This document shows positions 35,712-45,497 of a stretch of DNA of 64,000 bases, piece after piece (the first letter of the stretch is position 1; each line of letters begins with the position of its first letter). The position numbers and the translations under genes were made by a program. The stretch is taken from the IMG/VR virus record IMGVR_UViG_3300015261_000002, positions 124,001 to 188,000 of that record; one strand, 5' to 3'. The notes under the pieces were generated by a model that saw nothing but the letters and a program-made list of their open reading frames with translations, was not told the origin of the DNA and did no database searches.

Positions 35712-36449
35712 TCAGTCTCCTTTGAAGATCCAGTCATTCGTGTCTTGCGAAGTGTCCACAAAACTGAGACTGTCTGAGGAGATCCGCGAAGGAAAGAAGT
35801 TACCGGGCGCCGGAGCTTGGTGGTCGATCATGTACTGCTGGTTCTCATGACCTTCCAATTCGTCCAGGTGGCTGACAAAGCTGATATCCTGGCCCACACC
35901 TTTATTCAGCATGGGGGTCATGGTAAACAGCATACCCAAGGAAGCTAGACCCATGCCCTCATGTTGCTTCGACTCTTTACCGGCATCACGGATCGCCTGG
36001 TTAGTGACAAAGGGCTTGATCTTCTTGTAAGAAGGAAACAGCATGTAAGCCAGGTGCTCCAGAGAACGCAGTTCCTCACGAGGAGGAGACTTGAACTCTG
36101 GAACCGTTCTGATCATCTCACACCACAGCGCCAAGTACTCCTGGATGCTTTCGTAAATACTTGGCACTGTTTCGTTGGCTTTGTTAAACCCCAGTTCATC
36201 CGGGGTCAAAACGTTTGGGAGGAACCCCAGGATCTGGGGCACCTTCATTTGTCGCAGCTGGGGTTCGTCGTAGTAGTTATGGTCGTTCGCAAACCCGGCC
36301 TGGTTGTTGTGATAACGACCACGCAGGTCCTCGATCGACATCAAACTCTTAGGCGCTACCCAGATACCGTAAACGCGATGGTTCAAAATGCCGTACAGCT
36401 CAATCAACCGAGACCGTACAGCACCGTAACGAGGATAAAGCATTTTCAT
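35712..36449 (-). CDS. Conserved hypothetical protein (phiKZ gp100-like)
   Basis: 245 aa; synteny. Confidence 0.55.
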   Translation of the reverse strand: MKMLYPRYGAVRSRLIELYGILNHRVYGIWVAPKSLMSIEDLRGRYHNNQAGFANDHNYYDEPQLRQMKVPQILGFLPNVLTPDELGFNKANETVPSIYESIQEYLALWCEMIRTVPEFKSPPREELRSLEHLAYMLFPSYKKIKPFVTNQAIRDAGKESKQHEGMGLASLGMLFTMTPMLNKGVGQDISFVSHLDELEGHENQQYMIDHQAPAPGNFFPSRISSDSLSFVDTSQDTNDWIFKGD

Positions 36450-37735
36450 AGCGGAGGTCCGAACTTACGGCTCACCTGAATCAACAGCAACAGGATTGCG
36501 CCGTGGTAGAGTTGTTTCCACTTGTCCAGTTTGAAATACCCCTCGCAGTATTTCAGGAGTCTCTCCCGATCTACCATCTGGTTCTTCAGGGCATCTACCA
36601 CCAGGTGTTCGAATTCATTCTGGGGCAGTCCCTCGTAAAACTCAGGGGTGAACAAGTAGGCAGTTGTGTATTGCGGACTGGAGGCGAGTAGCGGGAAGCC
36701 GTCCATGTTGAAGTACATACGCTGGATCTCGTAACGCTCTGGATCGGCAACCACCACCCAATCAAACTTGCTGGAACGCAAGTTCCCGTATTGACGGGTA
36801 TTGATAAGCCGGTTGGTCGACACAATAGTGATCGTCGAGTTCTTGGCGACCGGGAGGAGATTGAAGTCACCTCGCATCAGCACTTCCCAGATCGTAATAT
36901 CCCCGAAGCCACCGTATTCCCGTCCACCGTATTGGGTGGAGAACAGGTTGATCGGAGGATACGACGTACGCAGGTCCGAAGGCATTTGACCGGCCAGGAA
37001 CTTAACCAGGTATTGGTCGTAGATCTTGCGGCCGTTCTTGTCTTCCCAGGAGATGGTTCGTTCCGGGTTCCAGTAGAAGTTGTTCATGATGTAGTTGGCA
37101 ATCGTCAGCCGCCAATCGAACAGCTTCTTTGCCGTACCGAACTCAGGGGTGGTAATGATCGCCACACCACCGTGCAGCACCGAGTCCTTCGAATAAACGA
37201 GTTCTTCAACTACCCGGATGTTCAACTGCGCCATGAGCTCTTCGGTAAGGATACCGAGTTTCTCAAACGTGCAGAGGTACACCTTGTTCGAGGTGTCGTT
37301 ACGGATTTCTGGCTGTTCCTTGATGTGGTAGAGACCCGCTCGGCCTTCACCCGCATCCATGATTGCAACGTCCCACTGAAGGGGGTTGAGGTCAAAGGCA
37401 AGCCACATCTCAAACGTGGTTGCACTTTCAGCCTTGGTCGGATCAAAGGCGTAAGCATCTGCATCGAGCTGCTTACCGACCAGGTTCTTGATACGGCTGT
37501 AGCTTTGATACACGGCGTCGTTAGACGGCTGGAACTGACTCAGCTCCTCATCCGGCATCAGTTTGCGGCGATAGTACTCCATCAGACGCGGGGTACCATC
37601 GACCATCGACAGCAAAGACGTCTCAGGCGTATAGGCCGAGTCTACGATGCTGTGTCTGTAGGTATTGCTGTAGATCTTGGGACGTTCCGGTTCTGGCGGA
37701 ACTTGCTGCCCCAGAGCAGTTGTCTTCAAACTCAT
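36446..37735 (-). CDS. Virion structural protein (phiKZ gp99-like)
   Basis: 429 aa, ATGA-coupled; synteny and size. Confidence 0.6.
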   Translation of the reverse strand: MSLKTTALGQQVPPEPERPKIYSNTYRHSIVDSAYTPETSLLSMVDGTPRLMEYYRRKLMPDEELSQFQPSNDAVYQSYSRIKNLVGKQLDADAYAFDPTKAESATTFEMWLAFDLNPLQWDVAIMDAGEGRAGLYHIKEQPEIRNDTSNKVYLCTFEKLGILTEELMAQLNIRVVEELVYSKDSVLHGGVAIITTPEFGTAKKLFDWRLTIANYIMNNFYWNPERTISWEDKNGRKIYDQYLVKFLAGQMPSDLRTSYPPINLFSTQYGGREYGGFGDITIWEVLMRGDFNLLPVAKNSTITIVSTNRLINTRQYGNLRSSKFDWVVVADPERYEIQRMYFNMDGFPLLASSPQYTTAYLFTPEFYEGLPQNEFEHLVVDALKNQMVDRERLLKYCEGYFKLDKWKQLYHGAILLLLIQVSRKFGPPL

Positions 37736-39249
37736 TGGCGTCTGTCCTCTACCAATACGTAACTGTTAAGACCGAGGTTCATCATGTACCGGGTAGGGTT
37801 GTGGCCCGGCAGGCCTAAGCCTTTATCGATGTCCTTGCGGATCCGTTGAATATCATTCAGCCATGGCTTCGGCAACAGGTCCCAGCGATACCACGGGAAA
37901 ATAGCCGGCAACAGGTTGAGGTCTTGCGGGTTCTTTGCGAGATCCTCCCAGAAGTCGTCTGTGTAGTCGCGCACCGAATAATCGAGTGTTACCACGATGT
38001 GATGGACATTCTTCATTGTAGGCAGTCTGGAGAGCCTTACAGAGCCTGTCTCATCCATGCTCAGCTGTGTGGGCAAGATACGCAGGTTGTTGCTGAATAC
38101 CCACACCAGGAACGGCGTGGCGTATTGCGTGAATGCCACCTTGTGACGACGGAGCATGTAAGCCTTTACCTGCTCATTCCATTTAAAGCCTGGAATGTCG
38201 AAGATATTGACCAGCTCCTGGTTCTCGATGTTTTCAACCGCCAGTCGTGCTTGAATGATCGGCTGTACAAAAGGAACCCGCTTCATGACCCAAGGATCAT
38301 GTTTAGGCAGTTTCAGGAAGTAAGGGGCTTCCTGCTGACGGGTTGTCTGGTTAGACAAACCCCAGGCCACCTCAGGCGCTACCCGTACGTTGAATGGGCG
38401 ATTGAACTGCTCATTCGGGATAGGGATCCACTTCTCGGGAATCTCATCCTGGTAGATGTCGAGCGGGTAAAAGAACTCCCAGTTCGTGAACTCGTTAAAG
38501 TAGAAGGAGTATCTGAATTCAACTTCAAACTTACTGCTGCTACCACGACGAGCACGTTGGATTTCAGCATCCTGGAACTGGATACCGATGTAGTCCAAAC
38601 GCTGGGGTACTACGAGACGCTTGTTCTTGCCGGCGACGTTAGAGATCGTGGTAAACGGCACCTGGCAGTACTTGTTGAACCAAGCTCCGAACTCAGGGGT
38701 GGTGGGGTCGTTCTTCAGGAGCAGGGCATGGACGTCCTGCATGCAGGCCAGAATGCTGTTGTTAACGCCCAGATGTACGGTGGCGCTGAACGCCATGTCA
38801 GCCATCTGGTTATCGCGTGTACGGTTGATACGGCGCTGGTAGTGCTCAGCCAACTTGCTGCTGTTAAACGAAGCCACTACGGAGACGTTCACCTTAATGC
38901 CGGAGAACGCTGGATAGAGCCCCATAGGCTCTTCGTCATCGGTTAACCATACCGGGCGTTCGGTCGGTTCACGACGCTGGTTGGAATAACCGGTGTTAAA
39001 TGGGGTGTCTTCTTTCTCGACAACGATATAAAGTTTATTGCGGAAAATACCGTCAGTTGCCATGTCACCACGGAAACCGTCATCACTGTTGCTGCCGATC
39101 ATCTTGGCAACGTCGTTCTCGCCATTGTAAATAATTTGCGAGGCGTTGTCCAAGCTGTAGTACTTGAGAACTTGTCTGAGGGAATCCAGCACTGCTGGAC
39201 GGAAGAACGAAGCATAGTCGTCTTCAGACATAACGATTGATTTCAGCAT
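37732..39249 (-). CDS. Virion structural protein (phiKZ gp98-like)
   Basis: Start probably ATG 39249 (MLKSIVMS), 505 aa; synteny and size. Confidence 0.6.
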   Translation of the reverse strand: MLKSIVMSEDDYASFFRPAVLDSLRQVLKYYSLDNASQIIYNGENDVAKMIGSNSDDGFRGDMATDGIFRNKLYIVVEKEDTPFNTGYSNQRREPTERPVWLTDDEEPMGLYPAFSGIKVNVSVVASFNSSKLAEHYQRRINRTRDNQMADMAFSATVHLGVNNSILACMQDVHALLLKNDPTTPEFGAWFNKYCQVPFTTISNVAGKNKRLVVPQRLDYIGIQFQDAEIQRARRGSSSKFEVEFRYSFYFNEFTNWEFFYPLDIYQDEIPEKWIPIPNEQFNRPFNVRVAPEVAWGLSNQTTRQQEAPYFLKLPKHDPWVMKRVPFVQPIIQARLAVENIENQELVNIFDIPGFKWNEQVKAYMLRRHKVAFTQYATPFLVWVFSNNLRILPTQLSMDETGSVRLSRLPTMKNVHHIVVTLDYSVRDYTDDFWEDLAKNPQDLNLLPAIFPWYRWDLLPKPWLNDIQRIRKDIDKGLGLPGHNPTRYMMNLGLNSYVLVEDRRQ

Positions 39250-39264
39250 GGGCCTACGCTCATT

Positions 39265-39309
39265 AAAGAAATAAAAAGATAAGTAGTGGAAGGGGTTACC
39301 TTCCACTAC
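39265..39309 (-). terminator. Intrinsic terminator
   Basis: GUAGUGGAAGG-loop-CCUUCCACUAC followed by UUAUCUUUUUAUUU. Confidence 0.85.
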
Positions 39310-39324
39310 CAACCAGTGAGGGTG

Positions 39325-40023
39325 TTACTTCCAGCGAACAGGGGCAACAAGACCGTCTACAAACTGGAGGATCAGCAGATTGGAAATGCCATCCTTCAAC
39401 TGACAGACAACCTCTGCCTCGGCGAAGTCTTCTGCCGACAGCGACATCTTGAACCCCAACGAGTTTACAAACGTGGAGGCCTTTTCTGCCAGGTCATCGG
39501 GCACGCGTTCTTCTGGTGCATCCGCCGCTTCGAAGATTTTACCCGCCAGCGCCAGACGCACACGCTGTTCTTCGAGATCGACCGCAATGCATTCCTTGGA
39601 ACGCTCAGGAGCATCTTTGTTCTTGACGGTAAAGATCAGGACGCCCGTCAGGCTGATGCTCGATTCCAACATCGGAACCGACACCTGGTACTGGGCTTTA
39701 CTACCGAACTCGACCACGGCACCTTCAACGTCGTAGTCCACCTTATCCAACAGGTGAAGGTCGTACGCGTCAGCGAGTTCCTGGATAACAAGGTTCAGTG
39801 GATCACCCTCACGCGCCGATACTTCTGGCGCACGACGGACCATGACTTGCAAGAGGTTACCCTTGTTCATCTTGGCCTTTTGGGTCTGACCATCTTTCTC
39901 AACGAAAAAGACTGCGGCAGATTCCGACTCCGATTCTGCACGGAGCACTGAGTAACCCTGAGGGAGCTGCTTCTTGAGTCTTTCAAGAAACACTGGGTGG
40001 ACGTTTTCCAAAGCCATTGCCAT
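39325..40023 (-). CDS. Hypothetical virion-associated protein
   Basis: 232 aa, TAATG-coupled to the upstream head gene (SD AAGGAG). Confidence 0.6.
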   Translation of the reverse strand: MAMALENVHPVFLERLKKQLPQGYSVLRAESESESAAVFFVEKDGQTQKAKMNKGNLLQVMVRRAPEVSAREGDPLNLVIQELADAYDLHLLDKVDYDVEGAVVEFGSKAQYQVSVPMLESSISLTGVLIFTVKNKDAPERSKECIAVDLEEQRVRLALAGKIFEAADAPEERVPDDLAEKASTFVNSLGFKMSLSAEDFAEAEVVCQLKDGISNLLILQFVDGLVAPVRWK

Positions 40024-41450
40024 TACTCCTTCTTAGCTTTTTCGTCAGGTTTGTCAGCAGCTTCGTTGGGGAAGATCTTGCTGTTGATACCGGCAGCGGC
40101 TTTGCGGATCCCACTGACCAGTTTCTTGTGAGCAGTAACCTTTTCCTTAAGCCCCTTGAGACTGTCTTTGGCAGCAGCGATCTTTTCCTGGGTCGACTTC
40201 CGGGTGGTGGCAACAACTTCCTTGTTGGCCTCGTCTTTACCCGAAACATTACTGGCTGCGGTTTTCAGCTCAGCAAGTTTCTGTTGAGCAAGGTTCATCG
40301 CCTCACCGAGTGCAGCACCGTAACCGCTCTGCTTGTTCAGCAGACCCAACAGCTTGTCGAGTGCAGTGGCTGCATCTGCCTTACTGTTAAGACCGCCTAC
40401 GATGGCACTGAATGCACCAGAAGGATCGGATTCAGCCGCCAGCTTAACCAGGCCTGCTTTAGCCACCGAGTTGATTTGATCACCCGTAGTCGCCTTGGCA
40501 GCAGCCAGGTCTTTCTTGTTGGCCTCAGCTGCATCAACCGTGGCTTTATTCGTATCCTTTTCATCGGACGAAGTGAACCACTCCTTAATAGCTTTGAAAG
40601 ACTCTGAGATCGTTTCCCAGGCCTTTGTAGCCATTTCCTTGATACCATCCAGGATTGCGCCTTCAGTACCCTCTACAGCGCTCATACGAGCGTTGCGCGC
40701 ACTGGCTACGCCAATGAGGTAGTTCGACGCAAAGGTGTTCTGGCCGTTCAGGTAATCTTCCATACCCTGGAGGAGTTGCAGCGGGTGATCGAACTTGCAA
40801 CCGCAGTCACAATCATCGTTCCGTTGGCAGTCTTCCGGTTCGTCGAAATCAACCACCGGGGCTTCTGGCAGATCTTCCAACTGGGAAGGGGCAAACTCTT
40901 CTGCACCCATTACCATACCGAGACGGCTGGTCACAAACACATCGACGATGTTCAGCACCCGTTCCGCGTACTCCATTTGGCGGATGTTTGCGTTCATGCA
41001 TTCGATGTTTGGTTGTTCATGGCCTTCGTAGATCTCCATGAAGTAGCGAAGACCTTTGTGAGCGAACTCGATCCAGTCATTGACGGCGGCACCGCTCAGG
41101 TGGTCAGAGTTCTTGTTACCGAGCGCGCAGACCTGCATGGCCACATTACGCTCTGGATTACGACCGCCATTCTGGAGGTCAGCCAGCAGTTCGCCGAGGT
41201 ATTGATTGACGAGGGTATTGACAAGCAACTCACTCGCATCGTAATACGCCAGGCGGCTTTCAATAGCGGACACAATGGAGCACATCCGCTCTTTGACACG
41301 GTCGGTATCCGTCGCTTCACCCTCGAACACATAATCGAGTCCGATGGAGCGCAGGAGGTCAACCATCACCGGGTTATTCTCGGCGGTCAGTTTACCAGCT
41401 CTGCCGGTCAGCATGAGGCCAACCAACCCCAATTCAAAGTACAAATTCAT
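40023..41450 (-). CDS. Head/ejection protein, processed paralog family
   Basis: Start ATG 41450 (MNLYFELG, SD GGAGAAGG), 475 aa. AVEGTE|GAILDGIKEMATKAWETISESFKAIKEWF, then a K/A-rich helical C-terminus. Confidence 0.65.
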   Translation of the reverse strand: MNLYFELGLVGLMLTGRAGKLTAENNPVMVDLLRSIGLDYVFEGEATDTDRVKERMCSIVSAIESRLAYYDASELLVNTLVNQYLGELLADLQNGGRNPERNVAMQVCALGNKNSDHLSGAAVNDWIEFAHKGLRYFMEIYEGHEQPNIECMNANIRQMEYAERVLNIVDVFVTSRLGMVMGAEEFAPSQLEDLPEAPVVDFDEPEDCQRNDDCDCGCKFDHPLQLLQGMEDYLNGQNTFASNYLIGVASARNARMSAVEGTEGAILDGIKEMATKAWETISESFKAIKEWFTSSDEKDTNKATVDAAEANKKDLAAAKATTGDQINSVAKAGLVKLAAESDPSGAFSAIVGGLNSKADAATALDKLLGLLNKQSGYGAALGEAMNLAQQKLAELKTAASNVSGKDEANKEVVATTRKSTQEKIAAAKDSLKGLKEKVTAHKKLVSGIRKAAAGINSKIFPNEAADKPDEKAKKE

Positions 41451-41460
41451 TCCCTTCTCC

Positions 41461-41946
41461 TCACAAATACTTGATGGCCACGGTACCGCGGTAGTAGGTG
41501 GCACGGCGCGCAGTGACGTACAGGTAACCATCACTGGTCCCCAATTCCACTTCAAAGCGTCCCAGGTCGCTCAACCCCACCAGCCGCATCCAATTGAAGA
41601 ACAGCTGACTCACCTCATCGCCAGGCTCAGCCTGATCGGCGTCAGTCAGTGTAATGATGGGTTCTTCGACACAACCATCTACCAGGCCTTCGAGGGGCAG
41701 GAGGTCACCTTGCTCAGGCTCACCAAAGGTAATGCCGCTGATATCCTGAGGGATACCTTTGAAGAGTTCCCCCAGGTCTACCTTTTCGATCATCAGGCCG
41801 GCGCCTACGGTGCCTTGTTCAACGTAGGTAAAGATGTTGTCACTCACAGAACGACCAACGCCAAAGCGTGGGTTCAATCCATCAATACCCTGTTGCTCCA
41901 TGGCTTTGGCAACCAACAAAGTTTTGTTAAAGCAATTCAAGCGCAT
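41461..41946 (-). CDS. Hypothetical protein in the head-protein operon
   Basis: 161 aa, acidic, closely spaced with neighbours. Confidence 0.6.
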   Translation of the reverse strand: MRLNCFNKTLLVAKAMEQQGIDGLNPRFGVGRSVSDNIFTYVEQGTVGAGLMIEKVDLGELFKGIPQDISGITFGEPEQGDLLPLEGLVDGCVEEPIITLTDADQAEPGDEVSQLFFNWMRLVGLSDLGRFEVELGTSDGYLYVTARRATYYRGTVAIKYL

Positions 41947-41952
41947 AATGGA

Positions 41953-43008
41953 TTACCCTTTGACGTCGATGCTGCTCGACACAATGCTGGACGCGGTGTT
42001 GTAGACCTTGAACACGAGAGTCTCCAAGAGCTTGATACCCGCCATGCCATTGCGAATGATCTCTTCCAGGCTGTGGGCAATCGCTTTAGCAGCGGCCTGA
42101 TCTTCAGCCTCGGCTTTCTTCGAGAACGCCAGACTGGTATTGAGGCCCTTGATAAAGACCTTTTCCAGCTCTACCGATTTCGTGATCATGCCCTGGAACT
42201 TGGTGTTCATTGTGTCCAGGCTTTTGGCAACCGAACGGGTGGTGGTTTCGCTGCTAATAAAGCCAGCGTTCTTGTCGGATTCCAGCAGATCAGGATCGGC
42301 CTTCAGCGACAGCTTACCGTGCGATGTGATCGACACAGTTGTACCGCCGATATAAGGAGCAGGGTCCTTACCAAAGATCTTGATCAGCGCATCGTGGTGC
42401 TCTTTAAAGAGCTTTTCCATGGCGTCCTTGGTATGGCTCAGCTGCTTGCCAGTAAACAGGGCTTCAGCCTTACGAGCGGTATCACCCACTTCCTTGATGT
42501 ACTCTTCGACCTTACCGGTTGCAGCAGTCCAGTCTGCAATGGCTTTGGTCATCCAATCCAGGTTAGCCGGGATCTTGGCCTTGCTGGCCCACAGGTTCAT
42601 GTAACCCTGGGGATAATGCGTGAAGTGTTTCCTGACCCCGTTCTTATCCAGCTTAGCGATCAGGTCTTTGTTCTTGCGTGCAGCCACTTCTTTCTTGCCG
42701 GTGAAGAAACTGAACACCCACTTGAAGAAGTTCTTTACAGCGGTGATAAGCGAAGACACCATATCACCAATCCAGCTCATGAACCCTTCGGTGCCTTCAA
42801 CACTGTCGAGGTTCTTTTGGCGGGGGATATGGGAAAAGACGTACTGGTAATAGAGACACTCATTACCGGAGACTTTGTCGTATTCGTCAGACAAGTCATC
42901 GATCTTGTCGTCTGGAGCATCCACAACGCTTTCAGGATTCTCGGCGTTGTAGAGTGCTTCAACTGTTGGGGTATTGATAAAACGTCGAGCAAGCACTGGT
43001 TGCGTCAT
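41953..43008 (-). CDS. Head/ejection protein, processed paralog family
   Basis: Start ATG 43008 (MTQPVL), 351 aa; SVEGTE|GFMSWIGDMVSSLITAVKNFFKWVFSFF. Confidence 0.7.
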   Translation of the reverse strand: MTQPVLARRFINTPTVEALYNAENPESVVDAPDDKIDDLSDEYDKVSGNECLYYQYVFSHIPRQKNLDSVEGTEGFMSWIGDMVSSLITAVKNFFKWVFSFFTGKKEVAARKNKDLIAKLDKNGVRKHFTHYPQGYMNLWASKAKIPANLDWMTKAIADWTAATGKVEEYIKEVGDTARKAEALFTGKQLSHTKDAMEKLFKEHHDALIKIFGKDPAPYIGGTTVSITSHGKLSLKADPDLLESDKNAGFISSETTTRSVAKSLDTMNTKFQGMITKSVELEKVFIKGLNTSLAFSKKAEAEDQAAAKAIAHSLEEIIRNGMAGIKLLETLVFKVYNTASSIVSSSIDVKG

Positions 43009-43072
43009 GGTAAAAGTACCTGTTAAAAAGGATATGTAGCAAAACCTATAGCATTCCTCAAAAAACCATATA

Positions 43073-43114
43073 GCAGCCATAAGACTACTAAGGGGGATTG
43101 CTCCCCCTTAGTAG
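43073..43114 (-). terminator. Hairpin terminator
   Basis: 13-bp stem CUACUAAGGGGGA-GCAA-UCCCCCUUAGUAG followed by UCUUAUGGCUGC. Confidence 0.85.
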
Positions 43115-43149
43115 CTACCTTACGGTGGTACAGCAACCGCTACGTCGAC

Positions 43150-44418
43150 TTAGAAGCCGATGTGAGCAGCAACGCAGTCCAGCGTAGCGCCAGCGGCGTT
43201 GACGGCCACTTTGGTCACGTTGGTGGCCATGCTCGAAGTCGAGCTGTAAACAGCCTTGACCAGGTTGACCTGACCGTTGACTTCAGCCGACTTGTCGGCG
43301 TCGCCAGCTTTGATCGAGTTCAGGGAACCGATCACGCGATCACGCTCAGCAGCGCTGAAAGCCTTGGCCACTTTGGTGTTGCGCAGGAACGCGCCGACGC
43401 CACGGACTTCGGAGATCGCTTTCAGCAGGCCAGCCTTGTCGGTTTTGGCCTTGACTTCGCCGGTGGTCAGCTTCTTGGCTTCCGGATCCTTCATCACAAC
43501 CATTTTCAGGGAGCGAGCAGCGGCAGCGGCTTCGGCCATGGTTTTGATTTCGGCATCGCTGTACGAAACCTGGATGCGGATACCGTTCATCACGCCGATC
43601 AGGACGTCATGGGAACCAGCCTTCTTCTCGTTGTACTTGCCGGCCGCCTTGGCGTCGGTTTTGACAGCGGAGATCAGACCGGTGTAAGCCGACTTGAAGT
43701 CTTCCAGGCTGATGCCGGAAACGTTTTTGCCCAGCTCGGTCAGCTTGGCGATCGCGCCTTGGGTGGCTTCGAAGCCTGCGGATTTCACAGTGCCCAGGCC
43801 GCCTTTGGCGTAGTCGACGTAGATGTTCCAGCCGCCCAGCTTGACCATCTCTTTCAGCTTGGCGCCGTCTTCCAGGCGCTTCTTCAGGGTGTCGCAACGG
43901 CGCTCGAGGCCGGCGGCCTTGTCGAAGATCGACACGAAGAAACCGATGACGGTGTTGAAGATGTGCTTGATGAACTCGACGGCTTTCTTGCCGTACTCCT
44001 TGATGGAGTCCATGATGCTTTCCATGCCCTCGCGAGCATGCATCTGAGCGGTCGACGCGTCGGTGATGGATTCAGCACCCATGCGCTCGCCCTGGATGTT
44101 GGCACCCAGTTTGTTGCCGAGTTTCACGCCACGGTTGTAGAGGTGGGCGAAAGCCAGGCCGCTGAAGTTGCCGGAGTTGATCAGGGATTCCATGCCTTCG
44201 ACGACTTCGGTCGCTTCTTCGACGGCTTCTTCCAGATCGTCCATCTTGTCGACCAGCGCTTCAACTTGCTGCGACTGCTCTTCGATGGCCACGGTGACTT
44301 CGGCGATTTCGGTTTTCACCGCTTCTTCGACGGCTTCAACGACTGCTTCACCACCGGCGCCTTGCAGCTCCAGTTCTTCAGCGCCAGTGTACATGTTCAG
44401 AAGATCAATACCGGACAT
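43150..44418 (-). CDS. Abundant head/inner-body protein (phiKZ gp93 / SPN3US gp53-54 family-like)
   Basis: 422 aa, capsid-like codon bias. Glu-rich propeptide with several G-x-E sites ending EGME|SIMDSIKEYGKKAVEFIKHIF. Confidence 0.8.
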   Translation of the reverse strand: MSGIDLLNMYTGAEELELQGAGGEAVVEAVEEAVKTEIAEVTVAIEEQSQQVEALVDKMDDLEEAVEEATEVVEGMESLINSGNFSGLAFAHLYNRGVKLGNKLGANIQGERMGAESITDASTAQMHAREGMESIMDSIKEYGKKAVEFIKHIFNTVIGFFVSIFDKAAGLERRCDTLKKRLEDGAKLKEMVKLGGWNIYVDYAKGGLGTVKSAGFEATQGAIAKLTELGKNVSGISLEDFKSAYTGLISAVKTDAKAAGKYNEKKAGSHDVLIGVMNGIRIQVSYSDAEIKTMAEAAAAARSLKMVVMKDPEAKKLTTGEVKAKTDKAGLLKAISEVRGVGAFLRNTKVAKAFSAAERDRVIGSLNSIKAGDADKSAEVNGQVNLVKAVYSSTSSMATNVTKVAVNAAGATLDCVAAHIGF

Positions 44419-44472
44419 AGCTATGTATCCTTTTTCGTTAACGAAGGAAAATTGTGTGTTTAATTAAACGGT

Positions 44473-45486
44473 TTACGCGAAAACACCAAGCACACCATGA
44501 ATGTACCTGTCGGTGTAGCTGACCACCCGAGGAGTGAATCCGCTATAGAATGCCAACGCATTCGCCTCACCAGAGAGAATCTTCTCACCCTCTGCCATGG
44601 CACTTGAACTAACCTTGTCCAACTTACTCAGGTTAGCGTCAACGGTTTTCACCATATCCGACCAGCTCTTGATAAAGGCCAAGTAGCTGTCGTACGACGA
44701 CTTCAAGCGTTTGTGCATAGAGTTGATCTTGTCCAGCTTGTTCAACAGCGCGTTGACTTCAGACTTGGATAAGGTCGTGGAGGACCCCGCCTCAGCAGGT
44801 GCGTCACCACCTATAACATATTTCGGGTGTTTGCCGTCGCCGTAGACGCATTCCCAGACTTTGCCACCTGGCAGAGTGTCAGAGAACGTCGTGTCGCCTT
44901 TTGAATGCGGCAACTTGAACGGAGGATACTTCAACGCCTCGAACTCCTCCACAATCGCGAAGATGTTCTCAGAGGTTGAAGCACCCTTGAGCTTACGGAC
45001 GACAATCAGCTGCTTGTCCAGGTAACTCAGAATTTCTTTGCTGTGCTTATCCAGTGCATCCAACGTGCTCAGCAGAGTGTCCATATCATGCCCAATATGG
45101 CCAACATCGCCATTCGAGGTGATAAGGGCAATCGTGGTCTTGCTGAGGTTCAGCTCGTGATCTTCGATCTTGCTGAAGCTTTGCGTCAGCTTTTTGATCA
45201 AGGTATCGTTGTCGCTGAAAGCACGGTACAAGCCAGCTCCTGCCGCGCCAAGGGCTTTGCCAAACAGGTCGACAGTCTTACCGCCTACCCACTTGCTGAC
45301 TTCAAAGAGGCCAGCGCCAAGTTCTTTGGCGTTCTCCATAAAGTCTTCATTGCCTTCGACCCGGATCTTCATCCGGTGAGGTTCCGCGAGCAACAGGTTA
45401 CCTGCTTTGTGCAGATCGTTCTGTTCCTCACGGGTCTCCAGATGGTTCTCCAGGCAGGTTTGATATAACCGATGGGTGTTGCTCAT
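44473..45486 (-). CDS. Head protein, processed paralog family
   Basis: 337 aa; VEGNE|DFMENAKELG. Confidence 0.65.
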   Translation of the reverse strand: MSNTHRLYQTCLENHLETREEQNDLHKAGNLLLAEPHRMKIRVEGNEDFMENAKELGAGLFEVSKWVGGKTVDLFGKALGAAGAGLYRAFSDNDTLIKKLTQSFSKIEDHELNLSKTTIALITSNGDVGHIGHDMDTLLSTLDALDKHSKEILSYLDKQLIVVRKLKGASTSENIFAIVEEFEALKYPPFKLPHSKGDTTFSDTLPGGKVWECVYGDGKHPKYVIGGDAPAEAGSSTTLSKSEVNALLNKLDKINSMHKRLKSSYDSYLAFIKSWSDMVKTVDANLSKLDKVSSSAMAEGEKILSGEANALAFYSGFTPRVVSYTDRYIHGVLGVFA

Positions 45487-45497
45487 GTCCAGCCTCC